A DNA stretch of 64,000 nt from Podarcis filfolensis (lineage: Eukaryota), in the NCBI GenBank assembly GCA_964270895.1, contig OZ185440.1; one strand, written 5' to 3'. A program made the position numbers and the translations under genes. Below the pieces are notes generated by a model. That model saw nothing but the letters and a program-made list of their open reading frames with translations. It was not told where the DNA came from and searched no databases. Below are positions 23,001-35,000 of this stretch, piece after piece (positions within the stretch are counted from its first letter, which is position 1; each line of letters starts with the position of its first letter).

Positions 23001-26000
23001 GTCTCTTTTAACCACTAATGGGTGCCCATATTTTAACAATTGTGCTTGCATCTGACACACACATACACAAATAACACAAATACACAAAAGTTAAATGGCA
23101 GATCAAAAGCTGATAACCTAAAGTTTGAAGACTCTGCTAAACTAGATAGTCTAACTTTCATATGAAAGTGCCTTACTGAAATGTGACAAATATATGGATT
23201 TAATCACAAAAGAAAGTCTTTGAAGGATATTTTGTCATGAATAGTTTCGGGGGGGGGGAGAAATTGCAGAGGACAGCACAGAATGAAGGGGAAAGGGGTT
23301 TATTCAGTGCATTCCACATCTAACTAATGATCTTACTTGATAAATGGCTTATTATCTTCATAGCTAGAAAGCATTATAAGCAGAAAAGAGAAACAAAATC
23401 ATTAGACAGAATTTAAATTGAAATTAATAAGAAAGCATTTTTAGTAATTTTATACAAAAATTAGTTAAAATTAGAAAATTCAAAGTGCAGACGCAAGCAG
23501 TTTAAAATAATAAAAAGCATATAATAGTTGGAAATAGTTTAGCAAATTAGATTATCTCCAAAGTTGTTAATTAAAATTATGGACAATCCAGAAAATTGTC
23601 CAAATTTGTAAAGTTGTTGTTGTTTTTTTAAAAAATAAAAATTAAAAAGTCATGCTTTAAATTTGTTAATGTAGGGTTCTATCTTACCCAGGTAAGTCCG
23701 TATTATAGTAGCCATCACAAACACGGTAATTACTGGTGTGGATGAGAAGACAGAAAGAGGAAGAAAAGGAAGAAAAGAGAGGTGCTAAAGATTAGCTCTC
23801 TCTCTTAACATGCAACATGCAATGAAGCTGATATTGTGACCTATCTAAGCATCTTCTAGTTTGTAATGCTAGCTTTGTTGCAAATCTGCCCCTGCCATAT
23901 TCTGCATTCAAAGACAATTCAAGAGCCCACTACTAAGCACATTTCACTTGGGAGTGCCAATGACGTCAGTGGATCTGACCTCCAAGTAAGAGTGCTTATG
24001 ATTAGGGGGGAAAGTCCTGTCCCTCTTAAGTCTAGCAAAACAATTCCAGTCTAAATATAGAATGATCTAAAGCAGGGGTAGGCAATGTAAGTCCAAAGTG
24101 TTTATCTCACCCAACCAACCCAAAGACCTCCCTCCCAGAAATCTGTTCCTTCCCTTTACCCACATAAGGGATGCTTGGACTGGAACTGGACAGTGGAATC
24201 TTATCTTGCCTACCTCTGACCTAAAGCATGATCTACCACTGTAAGATTCTCATTAAGAATAATAACCCATTGCTCTACTTTCAAGAAAGGGAATATTGTG
24301 ATTCTTGTGTAGTCACAGGATAAAAGTAAATATTTGTTAAATTTGCATGAAAAGCAACAGATAATCTTCAAGATAACAAAAGAAGTAGAAGCAAATTCTC
24401 TTAGGGGAGTGGGATTATGAATGGGGAAACCGCTGAGAATCACTAGCATCTGAAAATAATTTAACGAAACATACTCAGCAGAACAACACCAGCCATGCAA
24501 AGAGGAACATCGTTTGGGAGCTGCATTTTAAATGCAAATGAACTTGCTACATTGCTGAGGAATCTCCATGAATGCACCAAAACAAATTCTTGGCCATTGT
24601 TCCAAGCAGAAGTTACTTAATTTCAAGTGTTGACTGTTTCATTATAGCAACAAATATGACGAGAGCAGGATTGGTGCTGTTTACTTGTAATTGACATCTG
24701 TGGGTGCTGGGAAACAAAGCCTTGTGTTGCTAATGGAAGGGGGGAGCTTTCAATCAGTTGGAACAATCAGAAAAAATAATCACAGTTCTTGATTCAAACA
24801 CAAAGCACTTACTTAATGTTTTCCAACCTGCTAGAGTCTGGTTTCAAAGTGTTTGAGTGCTTCACCATTTTGTACAGTGTGATCACCAGGAAGATAATAT
24901 TCAGCTGTCAAAACAGATAGCAATGAAATTAAACTACTTCAAGTAACAAGTTAGGTAATGATGATGCTCTAGACTAAACAAAAAAAGTTAAAAAAAGTGG
25001 TTATTTTCCAAATTATTCTGGGGCCGGTGAGAGAACAGTCTGCACAAAGCGGCTGCAAAGAAAGATTAGATCAAGAATGGCCAAAGCCCAGCCACTCTCA
25101 CTCAGTGCACATCTTGTAATATTGTTCATTTTGGTTTGATGTTTTGGTTTGAGTTTATTTGTGCTTCATACTGCCTAATGTTAAACATTCCTATGCAAAA
25201 TAACATTAGGAAACATATTTCAATGTTTTTTTAAATGTACACCTAAGATGCTTCATGTGTCCATCTAAAAAATTAAAGTGTGAATACCGGCTACTGCTCC
25301 ATGTTGAGTGTGCACTTGGTGGTGACTTGAGGTAAGCCATTGCCTAGTTTATGAAATGGCCCTTCAAGTTGGGAGTCCTGAACCCAAGTCTCCTACTAAA
25401 TTACCAAGAAAGGAAAGTCAGAACGGCAGTGTTCCCCTGTTACAGCTGCCACAGTTTACTGCTTTGTGGATGAGCCAGAATGAGCACTGTGTTGGACTTG
25501 TGCAACTGTGCACGCCTGCAATGCTGCCAGCAGAACAATGTTGAAAGGGTCTAGTTTCAGTTTTGAAGAATCCCGGTGTGCCTTTATGTTTCAGCCAGGG
25601 ATCCTGTTTTAAAACAAACTCTGGTTAGTTTAACAAGCCAACTTCTGTCACGGCACTGTCAGGCAAGGAATGTCAAAACTACACCTACAAGTTAGGAAAA
25701 TGTGTGTATCAGTCCTGCATTTCTCAGCTACCTCTAGGAGTGCACCCAATGAGGCAGTTGCAGCAACAGAGAGGCCCCACTCATAGGGTTGCCATATTTC
25801 AAAAAGTAGGAAGTTAGGAAGACACACACACCCCACACACCCACACCCCACAAATCCAGACGTATGGCAGCCCTACCCACTCATCAGTGTTCAGCCTGGC
25901 CTTGACAGCTTAACAGTTCATGGTCTGAAATTGGCTACTTTGGAAACTTAGCAGAGCTTGTTTTAAACCAGATCCCCTGGTTTGAACTTAACAACCAACC

Positions 26001-29000
26001 AGGCTTCCTCCTTGCCATGTGAGAGAAGGAGGAGGAGGGGAGAACGCGGTCGGATGTTTTGCTTGGGTTCATTCCGACTCAATCATATAGTACTGAACTA
26101 AGCATTACATATAAATGAGCCCTGTATGTGGATTCTTTACATGCCTGTGATATAAATAATGTGTAATAAAACAAGGAAATTCTGAACTAGCCAGGTTTTG
26201 AATAAGCCATTATAGATCAAGAGAATAGAAACTCAAGGTGAAATTAATCTGGTTCACATAACAAACTCATCTCAAATGCTGGTGCTGTTATTATCATGGA
26301 GAAAGAACAATTGATTATAGTAAGCATGGGACACCCAAAGCAGAATAATAATTTCACAATGTTAATGACCTAGTTTACATAAGAACTACTTGACAATAAA
26401 CTACAACCAATACTGGGAGTTAAACTGAAGCCAGTTTGATCCCCTGTTGCAACTGCAGGAATTAGCAATGACTGCCCTTTCCACTTCCCTGTAAAGCCAT
26501 AGTGTAAATAATACATTTATTTTGTACTCTATAGCAACCAGGCAGCTCACAATGCTTTCTTTTTTGTCCTTGCTGTTTTGCTGTGTATTCTACCTAGCAG
26601 AATTGGCTATCTTTTCTCCCTTGCAAAATGGCTGCACCCTTACGCAGACAGTAACGCACATCTTTTATATGCATTGTTATGAATATTAACTAAGAATTCT
26701 ATCAAAGGAAGGGACGGTGAGGCCATCATCCTGTAGTTTCTATACCCAAGCCTTCTACACTCTGGTTTATACAAACTGGCTGCCTGCTTTAACTGGAGTG
26801 GCACTGTTTGGTTCTGGCAAAAAGTGTTACAATTTCAGGCTGCTTCTGATTCTGTATTTTGGCTGCCTTGAAATCCAAAATCCTGCTGATGCCACTGTGG
26901 CTGCAGGGATCAGCTGCTGTCCTCCTAACCAGTGAGTCATGGATGCTTCTGAGACACAAATATCTCTTCCTGCAAGCATGCTCATGACTGGGGGGTGGGG
27001 GGTGGAACGGTTTCTGTGATAGCATCACAGCACCCCTGAAGTCACTATAAATTGCCTGGCTGCGACCAGTGTTGGTACAAGATTTCCATGGATACTGTGG
27101 ATGTGGTTGTCCATGCTGCTATGATAATATCTCTTGTTTCTGTTGGCATAGCTTTGCTTTCTACTTTGCTACTAGAGTGTCCAGGATCATGACTTCATTA
27201 CTTCATTTAATGCTGGAATGGTGGCCCTAATTGGGCCTTTAAGCCGTATGCTACTTCCAACTGCATTCCTCAGTGGCAGGAGTTGAGGGTTGCCATAGAT
27301 GCTATAACATCAGCCAGATCCCTGTGGGTATCAGCTGTGGAAACCAATTATGGTTTATGAAGCAAGCCCTCCTACCTCCCTACAGCAAACATCTCTTCCT
27401 CCACCCCCAAAGACAGCAAACACTATCCATAACTGGGGTCAATGATATCATCACACTACTCATGCCAGTAGACAGCTAATCAGATTTGAAAGTGGTTGAA
27501 AGTGCCAAAAGAATCAGCCCAAAGTAGTAGAATCCTTTGGGGGGTGGGGGTCATAAATAAAAACCAGAAAGATAAGGGCAACATTTCTGAATAGTGCCAA
27601 TCCCTAGGGGTGCTGAGTAGAAGAAATGTTCCTAAATTTTGGACATTGTGGATTTTTCCTGGTCTGGAGCATACAGTGTCTTTTGTAGTTGTGTGATTTG
27701 TGCTCATATTGGATTGTGATGGCCATTTGCTATAAACAATAAAATTTATTGATTGATATAAAAAAATGAGTGTCTGCTTAAGCATAGAAAGTGAAAGAAA
27801 GAGAAAGGGTGGCAGAACAAGAAAAACTGCACTTTGATTCAGCTGATAACGGTCCTGTAATATGATGGTAAGTGAAAATGAAAGTCTCTTTAAGAATACA
27901 ACATACTGTAGTTCTAAAGGAAAGTAACTAAGACATATGACAACAAAGCATGAGATACTTGTTCGCCACATCTCTGTGAAATATGATATAATTTAAAGCA
28001 TCAAGCAAACCAAAGAACACTAGTTCGCTCTGTGAAAGCAATATTCAGAAGTCCTGGTTTGCCTATGCTCCAAGTACCCATTAGAAAAGTATTCTCTTTT
28101 TTGCTATTAAACACACACACCTGGTAAGAACATCACCATGTAGGTGAGAGCTCTGGGAAAATGCATCTCCTCTAGATAAATCACCTCTAATCAAAGGGTA
28201 AACAAACTCGGACAGATTGCCATAATATCATGTAACATGGAAAGCAGAAAGGGGCAGAGCAGAGGAACTTGTTGAAGAGCATACACTTACAAGAAATGAC
28301 TTGTACTCGCATTTTATATGAAGAAAATGCTTTGCTTATTCCTCACTCTCGTGATTCTTCTCATTGCTATCTAAGAAATCACACATATTTGTAAAGTGTG
28401 ATTGGGTGATATATATATGACAGTTTAAATGCTTAATTTCTTAAAGAACATTAATATTGTGTGTGCCTTGAAAGCCACTGAATCGATTCCTTCAAGGAAT
28501 TGATTCAAACTGACTCACGGAAAGATTTCTACTGTCATAACACTATAAAATGATCTTGTAATTTTCTTGTGATTAATGATTCCTTTCAAAGGGTGTGAGA
28601 ACAGTGGACCTATTGAATGAGGGTGAAGTGCATGGAGAAGGAGACTTCTGCATGCCTAGTCCCAGCTCACAATATGAGCCGTGCATGAAATCCCAGGCAC
28701 AATACATTGTGAGCACAATACATATATTGTCTATATTTTATTTATTTGTAAACCACAATTTTCCAAAACAATACACTGTTATGAACTCTGTAAACTAAAG
28801 TCAACAAAACCATTTCTACTACTGCACTATTATTATACAAAAGCCATCTGAAATGCTAAAAGGCCCATCCGGTAGCACCAGTGAAACTGGGTGTGGTGTA
28901 GGATAGTGATATTTTGGATATAAGCTTTGTTATATTAGATTGTGAACAAGCTTTGTGCCTGCATATGCAACCCCTTTCCTCGATGCAATTAAAGCAAGAC

Positions 29001-32000
29001 ATCATTTACTTAGCCATAGTTTCTCATTGTGTCTGAACTGGGAAACCATGGTTATCAGGTACAGAAAAAGTTAGGATCTTAAACCAACTTTTTCCTTCCA
29101 GTAGCACCTTAAAGACCAACTAAGTTAGTTCTTGGTATGAGCTTTCGTGTGCATGCACACTTCTTCAGATACACACGAAAGCTCATACCAAGAACTAACT
29201 TAGTTGGTCTTTAAGGTGCTACTGGAAGGAAAAAAATTTTTTTGTTTTGACTATGGCAGACCAACACGGCTACCTATCTGTAACTGGAACTATGGAAGGC
29301 ACCACATTGAGCCGCATGAAATGGAAGTCCATCAACCTCACCAAGAAACTTGCACAGGTACAGACTGATATCTTCTTTCTTACTAAATGCAAGAACCTGG
29401 ACATTATACCCAAGGGTCTTAGAATTAAGAACCCTCTACAATCCACGTATCCCACTGAATATGCAAGAAAACTATGCAACACTTTCTCTAAGAAGCTGCT
29501 CAAACATCTGATCGGGTGTATCTGAAGAAGTGTGCATGCACACGAAAGCTCATACCAAGAACTAACTTAGTTGGTCTTTAAGGTGCTACTGGAAGGAAAT
29601 TTTTTTTTTGTTTCAACTTCAAGCTGTGTTTTGAGAACTTGGTAACCATAGTTTCCCAGTTCAGATATAATGGGAAAGGACAGTTGATTGAAGTGTTCCT
29701 GGTGTAATTGAGAAAGGGGCAGAGAAGAGGCAATGTGTATGGAGAAAAGGATTTCAAAACCAAGATGTAATAAGCCCAACCTGGCACAATGTCACCTTTA
29801 TGCTGATCACCTCTTAAGTGGCAGTAGTGGGGAACTGGTTTCAGTTCAGGGTTAGTTTCAGTTCTCCTGCTTCCACCAAAAGTGGTTGTTTTAATTTGCT
29901 ATATGTCACTCTGAATAATCAAATAGTGGCATACAAATGAAGATAAACCAAACTAATAAACAAGTGAATGGTGTATTGCAGACATGGCATCTGCAGTTAT
30001 GGAAACATGTACTTGAATCACGAAAGTTTATCACATTATGGTGAATTCATTTTTCTAGGCTGTGGTAAGCATAAAGTATCAGACATCCCCTCTCCATACC
30101 GCCAGCACAAGAACTATGCCTAAATTTCTAAAACTTCCATTATTCACACTGAGGATTTGCCAATACTTTGACCAATGGATGAAATCCCAATGCCTATTAT
30201 GCTATCGCTGCAAAGTTGCTTTGTCTTGGATGGACAGTATCACTAAAGAGAAGTAATGTCATCTCTTTAGAGATCATATGTTTCCCTATTCATGAAACAG
30301 AACCACATCCAGAACGCTTTGGGTCAGTCATCTTCCTGCAGGCGATTCCTAAGGCTCATGAGAATCTCTCTCAGGAGCTCAACACAAATGACAAGTCTAA
30401 CCAACCTCGAACCTCCTTGAATTATATTAAAGCAAAAAGAGGCAAAACACAAAAAGTCAAAAGTGTGGGCTTTTCTGACCAGAATTTGCCAGAGTGCACT
30501 GTTTGTTTTATTAAAGCCATCAAGCTGCTCAATTGAATTACATTGAGCTTAGCAGCTTAAAATTCATTCCACACAGCCTGAAGTGCTGACATGGATATGA
30601 TAAGACAGAAGAACAGAAACACCACTCCGAGGTAACCTAGCTGAACTGCACATGTTCTGACCCTGTTTGTCCTCCCTGGAGCTTTTGTTACCTGGCAGAG
30701 GCAAGCTCTAAAATTGCTCTTCTATCTCGCAGATCCTTGCTCTTAGCCAAGCAGAAGCCTATTCCTCTCTGGGACTGGCAGCCCGAGAAGTGTTGTCTGA
30801 AGGAGCCCTTCGAAAGGAGTGCGCAAAGCTGAACTCTCCCTGAACTTAATTAATTATTAAGGATGCAGATGGAGCTGTCCAAATGATAAGAACAGCTCCT
30901 GACGTGTCATGATCCAAGCTTTCATTAAATCATTTCAGGCATACTAATGGCGTTCCACTGCTCATTACTCTCACACATGCTTTCTTCCATAGATACAATA
31001 ACCCCGGTGCCCCGTAGTCGGAAAGGAAAGTCAACCGCTCTCCTTCAAGGATCCGAACGCCGCATATTTCCTAAAGCGCCAAGAACGGGCAAGGTTATTT
31101 GGGAAGGCGGTCCTACCTAACCTTAAGAGGGAAAGCATCGGGTGGGTGGGCGTATGGCAAGGAAAGGGAGGGTAGTGATATTTACTTTAAATGCAAAAAA
31201 CAGCAAGGCGTGCAATAAATAAAAAGGCTGTGATCAAGAAAGACAGAAATACATAGTCAACAACGCAGTGCAGAGCTGCATGTGCTTGATCCCATTCAAA
31301 ACAATGAGATCCTAATTCTGACCAATATGCCCAATTCTTATTTTTAAGGAAGGCAGAAAAGCTTATATAAAAATCGGTGTGTGTATCAAAAATTCCGATA
31401 AAAGGACGAAGTCAATGGAACGTCCGGTTGCAGATTTCCCCTTGAACACTTACTGTTCCCAAAGAACACAATTTTCTTCCAGTTCCTTTAAAACAAATAG
31501 ATAACATTATACTGCCCATCTCCTTCCCTCAAATTAGCAGCCAATTTCAACAAGATCATGAGTGCCTAAATTTATATTAGATTATCATGGCCACAGAATC
31601 TTATCTGAGAATGTACTAAATAAATCTTTTGCTTGAATTACAATGGACTAAAGCCTCCAGATCATATAAATGCTGATAGCGGTCCATTAAATCACCGACA
31701 CTCAGGCTTTTATTTTCTGCAGCTTATCAATTAAGATCAGTATAGGCTATAATTTATCTAACTGTTCCTTAATGGGTGTATTAGTCTTTCCCCCCAAAGG
31801 AGTCTAAAATTTTGTGTATGTGGGCTGGAGGTGGGAAAAGAATAAGATCTCAAATTCTAAAGCCAGTAAATTAAAACTGTGTGATTGTTCTTAATTCAGT
31901 GTACACATCTGTGTTCTGTGTACACATGATAACAGTTATGCACAAGGTAACATATTGAGAGGGACTGGAAACACTCCGACGAATATGTGATGGAGGCAAG

Positions 32001-35000
32001 GGGGCAGAGGCGAACCCAGGAGAGGAGGGGCAGAGATTTTGGGGGTTGGGTGCCACCCAGGAGCCAGGAAAGGAGAAGAGGAAGGGTCCGAGCAGTCAAG
32101 AGTTGGAGGTGGGCATGCAGGACAGATTGGAAGTGGAGGAAGAGACTGCTCACTGTATCCAAGAAGGCTCAGGTTGTGTGTGTGCACTCACGTCAGACAA
32201 CGGTACCTAAGCCCAGACACAAACTTGGAAAACAGCTATGTAGACAACTACATAGTGTGGGTATCTGGTGTGCCTAAGGAGCTGCTTTTGTAAATATAGA
32301 ATTAACTATCTGCTGTTTGCCTTTCCTGGCTGGGTGTGCCCACATATTTGTAAGGAAGAAATGAGGGGTTGTTTTTCTGTGCTTCATACTCAATAGTGAC
32401 CCAGAAAGCTTGGCACAGCCTATAATGTAGAGTTTGAAAGTCCATTAGAAGTAGCTCACACATTATGAGCTTTTCTATTAAGGACTAGAAACACAAACTC
32501 CATTTTCAGTGCGCGGTATCTAACAGAGTCATACACAGTAGGTGTACTTTCTCTATAATTTAGTTGAAGGCAGCCCAGTATTGGGCCGACTCTAGCATAC
32601 TCTGCATTGAGAGTTGCATTCCAGCAAACAAATATTCCATGATTATTGCAGCACATTGTTGGGGCTAAATAAATCGTTAAATAGTAGCAACAGCAGCAGC
32701 TGTTGTTGTTATACAACCATCACCATATGTTTGTAAGGATAGTAATAGTAAATTCTTGAATGGCGCATATACATTAATGTACACCCATACCTCTTCTGCA
32801 GTTACACTGTTCACATTACACTGTTCTCAAATCATTACACTCCCTTTTCTTTTGGTCGGTACGATTAGAGGGCAAAGCAATTGCCAGAGAAGAATTACTC
32901 CCAGGAACTGTGCAGTGATTGCTACCTGCTGTTTCATATTTTTTGAAGTTGGGAATACTGCTCCCAAAGGCCTTTCACTTCTCAGTCTAAATGATTTGCA
33001 GGAGGATAATAATGTCATGGCCGGTAAATAATAGTAGACTCTGACTGTACATGGTCAATATGATTAAATGTCCCTCACCCCGATTTTCACTCTGACCTGG
33101 TTATGAGGAAACACCAATATCTGCCTCAATGCCCAAGGCCCACACAAAGTGTAATGTTATTTAAAGACAGAGAAAGAGAGGGAGGGGGGAGAGAAAAAAC
33201 CCCAAAGAAAGTACTGCTCACAGTAAATGATGCTGTTATTTTTGTAAAAAAAAAAAAAAAAAAAGGAAAGGAGACATACCAAGACCCTGGCTCACTGAAC
33301 TTTAGCTCTCACATTACTTTCAGCTACTTTATTCCCACGCCTGTGACCAGTCCACTTGCAACAGAATTACGTGCGAATGAGGTGGCAGAATGGGCTAGTA
33401 CTTCAGGCTGCAGGTAGGAGATGCAATTTTTAAATACATAAAACACTCACAGTCCTCAGCATTCTAAGTGCGCAATATGGGCTAGAAACTTTCTCCCTGG
33501 CGTACTGAAGTTCTACTTGCTGGGATTATTATTATTTTTAATAATTTAGGAAGCGGTAGCAGACAGCATGGTGGCCTGGCACCACTCACCTGAGCTCTGG
33601 TTTGTTTCACCATTGTTGCTTTCTGGGAGGTAGAGAGGAGGGATGAGGCAGCGGTGAGGCTGGCACACTACAGAGGCGCTGGCGGGAGAACTGGATTGGT
33701 TCCTCCGGTGTGTTGGGCACTGTACCAGCTCACTACTGGCTAACTCCTCTGCCTCCTGGTAAGCAGCAGCGACACAGCCCAACTGGAGAGCAGGAGTGGT
33801 GGTGCCACACTGCAATGCCCTCTGCTACTGATGTGGCAGAACTCCTGTTGCCACACTCAGGGCTTCAAACAGGAAGGGGAAGCATAACATGCAAGATTAT
33901 CTCACTTACTATGAAACAATCACATTTTGGAAGAAGCGGCTTGTCTCTTTGGAGAGAAAGGAAGTGGCTTTGGCTTATTTTGGTGAGGTTCTAGCTTCCG
34001 TGTTGTGTTCCACGAACAACAGAAATTGTACCATGAGGAAAGGAAGTGCTCAGTTGGATGATTCAGCCTGTAATGTTTCTTTCAAAAAATACCAAGGAAT
34101 CCTGCATGCTGCTATACAGAATTAAAAGCTGCCATTTTTAATTACGATCTAAAAAGTCAGGAGTGGGAGCATCACTTCCAATATTATCTATAATGGCATA
34201 TCTCAAATAAGTTGCTGTGTCATGTTTCCTCTGCACACGCTTCTATCAGCCATGTTACTTGAGATGATGAAAGGAGAAATTTAAAAAAAACAACACTATC
34301 CTTATAGTTGTGTGAATATGAATAATGTACCTGTTCTATGATGCACACTTCTTATATGCCAGTGAGAACTTCAAGAATGAAGAAAGAAATCCTGTTAAAC
34401 CACAGGAGTATTTTACCTCCTGTCAAATCCTCAGCCATACTGTGAAATAGCTAGAATCAGATTTTGCCACCGGACTGCTATGTTGTGCAATCTGTGTATA
34501 CCATATGCCAATAATCAAGCCAAATAGTTTTGTTTTTTTTACTGTTCAATCATGATAAATATTGCACATACAGATTAATCTTCCTGACTGGCATGAGTTG
34601 TGTTGTAGGGGATGCAATGGCAAGGGAGAATTGGTATAAGTCACAAGTGATACTGATTCCCTCTGCACCACATCCCACACTATGCAAGAGCGGTCCATCC
34701 CCTGACTCTCTGGAGTGTTCTGCAATGTGGAGGATGGGCAGGCCAAGCCACTGATTTAAATTTTGTGCATTATGTACAGTGTTTTTTAAAACATTTTAAT
34801 AATCTGATTTACAGTATGATTAACACAATGAACATGATGGGGAAAATCAATAATATTTGTCTGCGTATAACGTACAGCTTTGCTGAGAAAAAACCTGCCT
34901 TCTCTGGACTCAACTGGCAATCAAGGATAAAGACTGGCAACTCAGTCCTACAGAATGACATTAGGTGCCATGGGTATGACTCAATACATATAGTGGCTTA

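Larger units (their letters stand above)
29089..29610 (+). mobile_element. Penelope-like element (PLE) remnant: inverted pLTR + partial pLTR + 5' ORF fragment + pLTR
   Basis: Three copies of one ~60-90 bp unit (29089-29174 on minus, 29172-~29245 on plus, 29516-~29610 on plus). Between them lies a stop-free fragment [11 protein letters not shown]...[16 protein letters not shown]...[14 protein letters not shown], resembling the N-terminus of reptilian PLE ORFs. The units contain hammerhead motifs. Confidence 0.85.

Noticed and set aside
27480-27971. 163-aa minus-strand intronic ORF
   Set aside because: No recognisable domain; composition is typical of random AT-rich intron.
29089-29610. Repeat-spacer-repeat pattern considered as CRISPR-like
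   Set aside because: The context is eukaryotic, one copy is inverted and the spacer is ORF-derived; PLE pseudo-LTRs explain it.
30830-31000. Homeodomain- and CRE-like motif clusters (also ~15000-15230, ~31640-31760, ~46140-46330) that look like conserved enhancers
   Set aside because: Enhancer status cannot be supported without cross-species alignment or chromatin data.
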